Assembly: GCA_038230415.1 (NCBI GenBank)
Contig: JBBRNH010000052.1
Coordinates: 1-39,550, forward strand
DNA: 39,550 nucleotides
From: Cytophagales bacterium
Lineage (GTDB): Bacteria > Bacteroidota > Bacteroidia > Cytophagales > Spirosomataceae
Direction of reading: 5' to 3'
The notes under the pieces were generated by a model. That model saw only the letters and a program-made list of their open reading frames with translations, was not told the DNA's origin and made no database searches. The first letter of the stretch is position 1. Every line of letters starts with the position of its first letter. Positions 34,369 through 39,550 of this stretch are shown piece after piece. A program made the translations under genes and the position numbers.

Positions 34369-35630
34369 AGCCGGGAATCAACATCGGCCCGATTCCAAAT
34401 ACCTTTTAAATCGAACACCGCCGTTTCGGGGGTGCGCCAGTTGGCGATTGACATGGCCCGGAATTGTTCGTGGGCAACGGCCAACACAATACCGGCATAG
34501 TGGCCCGTTGGCCCGGTAACAAGCTGAATACCAGTTTCCTGCAATACTTCATCAGCGTTGGCCCAGGGGTCAACCACATCCACCGACGCGCCAAACTCGG
34601 TCAGTTCGCGATAGACATCAACCACGCGGGAGTTGCGGATGTCGGGGCAGTTTTCTTTAAACGTAATGCCAAGCAGCAGTACCCGCGCCCCGGCAAGGGT
34701 ATGGCCTTTTTTAATCATGAGCTTCACGAGTTTCCCCGCTACGAAAACGCCCATCTGATCGTTAATCCGCCGACCCGACAGAATTACCTCCGGGTGATAA
34801 CCCAGGCTTTCAGCCTTGTGGGTGAGGTAATACGGATCAACGCCAATGCAATGCCCGCCAACCAAGCCGGGCCTGAACGGCAGGAAATTCCATTTGGTTT
34901 GAGCGGCTGCCAGCACGTCGCCGGTGTCAATATTCATCCGGTCGAAGATCAGCGCGAGTTCATTCATAAACGAGATATTCAGGTCTCGCTGGGCATTCTC
35001 GATAGCTTTGGCAGCTTCGGCCACCCGAATCGACGGGGCGGGGTGCGTACCCGCCGGGATGATGGTTTGGTACAGATCATCAACAAACCGGGCCGCGCCG
35101 GGCGTTGACCCCGATGTTACTTTGATGATCGTGGTGAGGGTACGGAGCGGGTCGCCGGGGCTGATGCGTTCGGGTGAATAGCCCACAAAAAAATCCTGAT
35201 TTAGCCGCAGACCCGACGTTTGTTCCAGCACCGGCACACAGTCTTCTTCGGTGCAACCGGGATACACGGTTGATTCAAAAATCACGACATCACCGGGTTT
35301 CAGATACTGCCCGATGGTTTCCGTAGCGGCCAGCAACAGCCGCAAATCCGGTTTTTTGTTGTGGTCAACGGGCGTTGGCACTGTCACAACAAACACGCTG
35401 CAATCGGCAATGTCATCGGGTTGGTTTGTCAGAGACAGGTGCGGGCTGTGGGCTAAGGTTGCCCCGCCAGCCTGCCGGGTGTGATCGTGACCCTGTTGCA
35501 GGTCGGCCACCCGGCGCGGGTTACTATCATAGCCAACAGTGCGGAAGCGTTTCCCGAACGCGAGTGCCAACGGCCAGCCCACGTAACCTAAACCGATAAC
35601 GGCAATTTTTTCGTCAAGCAGCACTTTCAT
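34365..35630 (-). CDS. nucleotide-sugar dehydrogenase (UDP-GlcNAc/UDP-ManNAc 6-dehydrogenase, TviB/WbpA/WecC-like)
   Basis: N-terminal NAD-binding IAVIGLGYVGWPLALAF. The catalytic Cys lies in ...GLVGGHCIGVDPYYL.... 421 aa. Confidence 0.85.
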   Translation of the reverse strand: MKVLLDEKIAVIGLGYVGWPLALAFGKRFRTVGYDSNPRRVADLQQGHDHTRQAGGATLAHSPHLSLTNQPDDIADCSVFVVTVPTPVDHNKKPDLRLLLAATETIGQYLKPGDVVIFESTVYPGCTEEDCVPVLEQTSGLRLNQDFFVGYSPERISPGDPLRTLTTIIKVTSGSTPGAARFVDDLYQTIIPAGTHPAPSIRVAEAAKAIENAQRDLNISFMNELALIFDRMNIDTGDVLAAAQTKWNFLPFRPGLVGGHCIGVDPYYLTHKAESLGYHPEVILSGRRINDQMGVFVAGKLVKLMIKKGHTLAGARVLLLGITFKENCPDIRNSRVVDVYRELTEFGASVDVVDPWANADEVLQETGIQLVTGPTGHYAGIVLAVAHEQFRAMSIANWRTPETAVFDLKGIWNRADVDSRL

Positions 35631-35883
35631 ACTGAAACGAGACCGTTTGAATCAATGTAGCAGCGAACTCAATAACAGTTTCTGCCTGCTCACGGGTCAC
35701 AGTCGGAAAGCCTTCCAGAAAATCGCCCAATGAACTAACCTCTAAATAATCAAACAAGGTGCTGATTGCCACGCGAGTACCAGCAAAAGCGGGAGTGCCG
35801 CCCAGAATTTCAGGGTCAATAACAATGACTTCTTTTATGATCAACATAGCGTGTTGTATTTGTTCATAGATAAAGGTAATCAA
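35614..35883 (-). CDS. DUF433-domain protein (small HTH-like, antitoxin-like family)
   Basis: ...IDPEILGGTPAFAGTRVAISTLFDYLEVS... matches the DUF433 core. No DUF5615/PIN-like partner is adjacent. Confidence 0.55.
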   Translation of the reverse strand: MITFIYEQIQHAMLIIKEVIVIDPEILGGTPAFAGTRVAISTLFDYLEVSSLGDFLEGFPTVTREQAETVIEFAATLIQTVSFQYESAA

Positions 35884-35890
35884 TGAATCA

Positions 35891-36991
35891 TCAGGTGCTT
35901 TCCTGTCCGTTTTTTTTTATCGTCAGTAACAACCAACCGGCTCCCAGCACTAATCCGGCCAATCCAAAAACCGCCGTAATCAACAGCCGTCGGGGAGACG
36001 TTCGGCGGGGCAGCACCACGGGCGGCTCCAGCACATTCAGCACGGGTTTGGCTTCCTGCATCCGTAACTGCGCCCGCTCAAAATCAAGGGTCAGCTGGGC
36101 GTTGAGTTGCTCGGCCAATGCCAGGTTGTCGGCCAATTTTTTGTTTTCCTGGCGGGCCACCTGCGTCACCACGTAGCGGTTGGCATCCTGATAGGCTGAC
36201 CACAACTGCAACGCCCGTTCGTACCGACGCTGACTGTCTCGCTGCCGATTGGTGAGGTACTCAACGTCCTGCCGGGCTTTTTGGGTGCGATAGGCCGTTA
36301 CGTACTGCCGCAAATAGGCAATGCCAATCTGCGCCACCCGCGCCGATACCCGTGCGTCGGGCATCTCGACCTGCATCACCAGCACCCCCGACTGTTTGTC
36401 AATATCGGCCCGGATTCGTTTCCGTACATCCATCAGTAAATCATCCTGTTCGGTGGTCAGGACCAGGAGTTTACCCTCGGCGATCGGTAAAATCGGTTGC
36501 GGTGGCCGATTGGCGAATGGCAATGCGGTCTGAAATCCGGTGGGTTTGGTCAGTAATGAAAACAACGACGGAAATTTTTCGCCCGTGACGGTCTCAACCG
36601 GCTGCTGCAATACGTGGAGCAGAAACGGGCGGCTTTCCAGCACGTCGGGGTATAAATCAGGGCGCACGGCTTCGGGTTCAGTGGCATCGGCAATGTCAAT
36701 ACCGGCGATCTCGGCCAAGGCCCCGAACTGTTGCAACCCCATCGCCGATTTCGCGCTGAACTCCGGCAACAGCCGCACCTGCGCCTGGTATTCGTTCGGC
36801 ATCAGCCACGAAAGTCCGTAGCCCAGCGCAGCCGCACCTATCGTTGCCAGCAACATAAACAACCACGATTGGGCCAGTAAGCGCAGGTTGTTGGGGTTAA
36901 TAAAAGTCGGTGGTAGTGTCAACGTTGGCAGTTTCGTATTTCGGTGGTTGCGTAAAGCTACACAACCCGCCAAAAACAACAAACCCCGCAC
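35891..36991 (-). CDS. Wzz/polysaccharide co-polymerase (chain-length determinant)-like protein
   Basis: N-terminal TM (WLFMLLATIGAAALGYGLSWLM), then a large soluble or coiled domain, then a C-terminal TM (LLITAVFGLAGLVLGAGWLLLTIKK). This is PCP topology. Confidence 0.6.
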   Translation of the reverse strand: MRGLLFLAGCVALRNHRNTKLPTLTLPPTFINPNNLRLLAQSWLFMLLATIGAAALGYGLSWLMPNEYQAQVRLLPEFSAKSAMGLQQFGALAEIAGIDIADATEPEAVRPDLYPDVLESRPFLLHVLQQPVETVTGEKFPSLFSLLTKPTGFQTALPFANRPPQPILPIAEGKLLVLTTEQDDLLMDVRKRIRADIDKQSGVLVMQVEMPDARVSARVAQIGIAYLRQYVTAYRTQKARQDVEYLTNRQRDSQRRYERALQLWSAYQDANRYVVTQVARQENKKLADNLALAEQLNAQLTLDFERAQLRMQEAKPVLNVLEPPVVLPRRTSPRRLLITAVFGLAGLVLGAGWLLLTIKKNGQEST

Positions 36992-37035
36992 CTGAAGTCA
37001 GGGCGGGGTTTGCTATCAATGAAACTGGAAATCGC

Positions 37036-38496
37036 TTACGGAATCAGTTTGATCTCGACCCGGCGATTGCGCTGCAAGCCCGGTGCGGTCACGTCTCCAA
37101 TGGGCTTGAACGAGCCGAAGTAATCAATCAGCAGTCGGCTTGGGTCATTCAGACCGGCCCGCACAAGGTACTGCCGAACGGCCTCAACCCGGCGACGCGA
37201 CAGGGCCACGTTGTACTTGTCGGTAGCCCGGCGGTCGGCGTGACCGGCGAGTTGCAGGCGGCACTGCGTTTTGTTCATTAACTCAACCACTTTGTTGAGC
37301 AAATCCTGATACTGCGGCTTGATGATGTTCTTGTCGGTATCGAACTCTACGTTAGCGAAGATCTCGGCGCAGGCGATACCGGGCAGAGCCGCGCTCACAT
37401 ACTTGTCGAAGTCAATGGCTTCACCGGCTCCTGACACGATGCTACCGGCGGGTGTATTGGGCTGACGGTCGAAATAGTCGGACACACCGTCGTTATCGGT
37501 ATCGGTCAACAGGCGGGGGTCAATATCTTTGGGCCGGTTGGCTTTGGCTACCGAGTCAATCTGCGCCAGGGTCAGAATAACCGGCGGCTTGAGCAACAGT
37601 TTCGGATCAGTCCAGCGCAGGTGATAGGTACCGAGCGTGGTGTCATACTCCCACTTGCCGTTCACTTTCTTGGCACTAATGGCATTCTTACCTAACTTAT
37701 AGGTCAGCATCACGGCTCCGTATCCGTATTTGTCTAAGGCCGACAGACCGCGTTTTACGGGCGTGTTATCAAAACTACCACGCGTACCACCGTTGTCAAA
37801 CACACTCGATGCGTCGCCACCGATGGTAGCGTCTAAGCGGTCTGTATTAACGTGGTTGACGCGGAAGTCCAGACCGAGGTCAAAACGTGGCGTGACTTCG
37901 TAGTGAACAGCGAGACCTAATGGAATAGCCCAGTCTTTCTCGAAACGGGCGTTCCGCACCGAACCGTCGCCGGGGTTATTTTTGGTGTAGCGACGAACCC
38001 GGCCCGTACCCAACTCATACGCCGTTGATTTGAAGAACGTTACGCCGATACCCGTGTAGGCATCAATTTTCCAGCGTTTCATTTTATTTACACCAATGAG
38101 CAGACTTTTCAGGTTCACGCTGCCGGTGATAGTGGGCTGCACGGTGGTTCCCCGGAAGTATGACGAATAAATCCGGCGTTTCATGCCACGCAGGGTGCCA
38201 GCCTGTATGTCAAACTGCAACCCAAACAGGTGGGATAATTGCTTGCCTACCGCGGCCCCAACCATAAACGTACCGCGCTCGCTGGCACTGTTCTGGTTGT
38301 TAAGCCCAACCGGATAAAAATCGTATTCACGCAGATCGCCAAAAAATTGCTGACCGCCTGCCTGAAATGATACCGACCAGGTATTGAGTTTGGTAGGCCC
38401 TTCATAAGTGGCCTTCGGGTTGTATTGTGCGTAGGCGTTCGCCGAAATCAGCATTCCCAAACCGATTGCCTTTGCTAAAAGGGATACTTTGTTCAT
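37036..38496 (-). CDS. OmpA-family outer-membrane protein (N-terminal beta-barrel/porin-like region plus C-terminal OmpA peptidoglycan-binding domain)
   Basis: The likely start is MNKVSLLAKAIGLGMLISANAYAQ, a signal peptide, with its ATG at 38494..38496. The C-terminal ...LQLAGHADRRATDKYNVALSRRRVEAVRQYLV...NRRVEI is the OmpA domain. A TSP-type-3-like DTDNDGVSDYFD motif is present. Confidence 0.8.
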   Translation of the reverse strand: MNKVSLLAKAIGLGMLISANAYAQYNPKATYEGPTKLNTWSVSFQAGGQQFFGDLREYDFYPVGLNNQNSASERGTFMVGAAVGKQLSHLFGLQFDIQAGTLRGMKRRIYSSYFRGTTVQPTITGSVNLKSLLIGVNKMKRWKIDAYTGIGVTFFKSTAYELGTGRVRRYTKNNPGDGSVRNARFEKDWAIPLGLAVHYEVTPRFDLGLDFRVNHVNTDRLDATIGGDASSVFDNGGTRGSFDNTPVKRGLSALDKYGYGAVMLTYKLGKNAISAKKVNGKWEYDTTLGTYHLRWTDPKLLLKPPVILTLAQIDSVAKANRPKDIDPRLLTDTDNDGVSDYFDRQPNTPAGSIVSGAGEAIDFDKYVSAALPGIACAEIFANVEFDTDKNIIKPQYQDLLNKVVELMNKTQCRLQLAGHADRRATDKYNVALSRRRVEAVRQYLVRAGLNDPSRLLIDYFGSFKPIGDVTAPGLQRNRRVEIKLIP

Positions 38497-38691
38497 GTTT
38501 TTCAGGTTATTGTGTAACAGACGTTCTGAAGGTTGTTTTGCGCTTAACTCGGTTTGTGTAACTGGATGTTGCAATCCGAAACAATCTAACCATTGGGCGC
38601 AAAACTATGTGTTTTTGCCAACTTGACAAACAAGATTCACTTTCCATTGTTCGATATGCCCTTTAAATCTCCGCAACGGGCCAGCAGGTTG

Positions 38692-39550
38692 CTACAATCG
38701 CTGCATTAACCGGGGAATCAGTGCGTTTTTCCAGGGTGTGTAATCCCCGGCTGCAATGTGTTCCCGCGCCTGACGAATCAGCCACAAATAAAACGTTAAG
38801 TTTTGCAAACTGGCAATCTGCGCCCCTAAAATTTCCTCTGATTTGATTAAATGGCGCAAATACGCTTTGGTATAGTGTTGACTGGCGTAGGTAGCAAGCC
38901 CGGCATCAACCGGGCTGAAATCGGTCTGCCACTTCTCATTTTTTATGTTGATAGTGCCTTCCGTTGTGAATAACAGGCCGTGCCGGGCGTTGCGGGTGGG
39001 CATCACACAGTCAAACATATCTATGCCTAACCCAATCGCTTCTAAAATGTTAGCCGGTGTTCCCACGCCCATCAGGTAACGCGGCTTGTTGGCGGGCAAA
39101 ATTTGGTTCACTACCTCAATCATCGCATACATTTCGTCGGCAGGTTCGCCAACGGCCAGCCCGCCAATGGCATTACCCGCCCGATTTTTGTTCGCCACAA
39201 AGTCCGCCGATTCCATCCGCAAATCGGTGTAGGTACTGCCCTGCACAATCGGGAACAGCGTTTGCCCGTACTCATAATGCGGCTCGGTGCTATCGAACCG
39301 GGTAATGCAACGGTCTAACCAGCGATGCGTCATCGCTAAGGAGCGTTTGGCGTAATCGTACTCGCAGGGGTAGGGCGTACACTCGTCAAAAGCCATGATA
39401 ATATCGGCCCCGATGGTACGCTGAATGTCCATCACGGCTTCGGGCGTGAACACGTGCGGGGAGCCGTCTATGTGCGACTGAAACGTTACGCCCGCTTCGG
39501 TAATCTTGCGCGTCTGCGAGAGTGAATACACCTGATACCCCCCCGAATCG
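38692..39550 (-). CDS. tgt: queuine tRNA-ribosyltransferase, 5'-truncated by the window edge
   Basis: ...FDECTPYP..., ...LMGVGTP.. and GIDMFDCVMPTRNARHG match the Tgt zinc/catalytic blocks. The frame is open upstream to 39550, reading ..RFGGYQVYSLS. This corresponds to the conserved SGGFQV block, so the N-terminus lies outside the window. Confidence 0.85.
   Translation of the reverse strand, partial: DSGGYQVYSLSQTRKITEAGVTFQSHIDGSPHVFTPEAVMDIQRTIGADIIMAFDECTPYPCEYDYAKRSLAMTHRWLDRCITRFDSTEPHYEYGQTLFPIVQGSTYTDLRMESADFVANKNRAGNAIGGLAVGEPADEMYAMIEVVNQILPANKPRYLMGVGTPANILEAIGLGIDMFDCVMPTRNARHGLLFTTEGTINIKNEKWQTDFSPVDAGLATYASQHYTKAYLRHLIKSEEILGAQIASLQNLTFYLWLIRQAREHIAAGDYTPWKNALIPRLMQRL

Noticed and set aside
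1-39550. CRISPR arrays, rRNA genes and additional tRNAs
   Set aside because: No regularly spaced short direct repeats and no rRNA-like conserved blocks are present. The only clean cloverleaf found is tRNA-Cys at 3561..3631.

Overview
This is a high-GC (about 55-60%) bacterial chromosomal window. Gene content and style suggest a Bacteroidota/Cytophagia-like organism, but that is an inference only. From left to right the window contains the following.

(1) The right-hand end of an integrative island at a tRNA-Cys gene. It holds a possible IS630-like transposase start, a 299-aa hypothetical protein, a PemK/MazF-type toxin with a non-canonical upstream partner, and a large tyrosine integrase abutting the tRNA 3' end.

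(2) Housekeeping genes on the minus strand: rpsA, an HNH endonuclease, smpB, an OmpH/Skp-like chaperone, and a small membrane protein.

(3) Two divergently transcribed penicillin-acylase (Ntn-hydrolase, S45) paralogs, and a secreted thioredoxin.

(4) A sharply AT-rich (about 35% GC) two-gene insertion. It encodes a Dam-class N6-adenine methyltransferase plus a 427-aa putative PD-(D/E)xK nuclease, so it is a horizontally acquired R-M-like or defence module.

(5) uvrA. It is 1016 aa, about 80 aa longer than typical UvrA. It carries two in-frame palindromic or mirror-repeat insertions.

(6) An exopolysaccharide/O-antigen-type locus. It includes an SGNH esterase, an MBOAT (AlgI-like) and an AlgJ/AlgX-like protein for polysaccharide O-acetylation, a DegT aminotransferase, a hexapeptide acetyltransferase, and a flotillin. 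It also includes a GT4-phosphoglycosyltransferase fusion, a GT2-GT4 fusion, a GT4, a Wzy-like polymerase, a nucleotide-sugar dehydrogenase, an orphan DUF433, and a Wzz-like protein.

(7) An OmpA-family protein, and a 5'-truncated tgt at the right edge.

Several families of intergenic palindromic (MITE/REP-like) elements sit exactly between stop codons. The two inside uvrA are the most unusual observation. There is no CRISPR array, no rRNA, and no tmRNA next to smpB.
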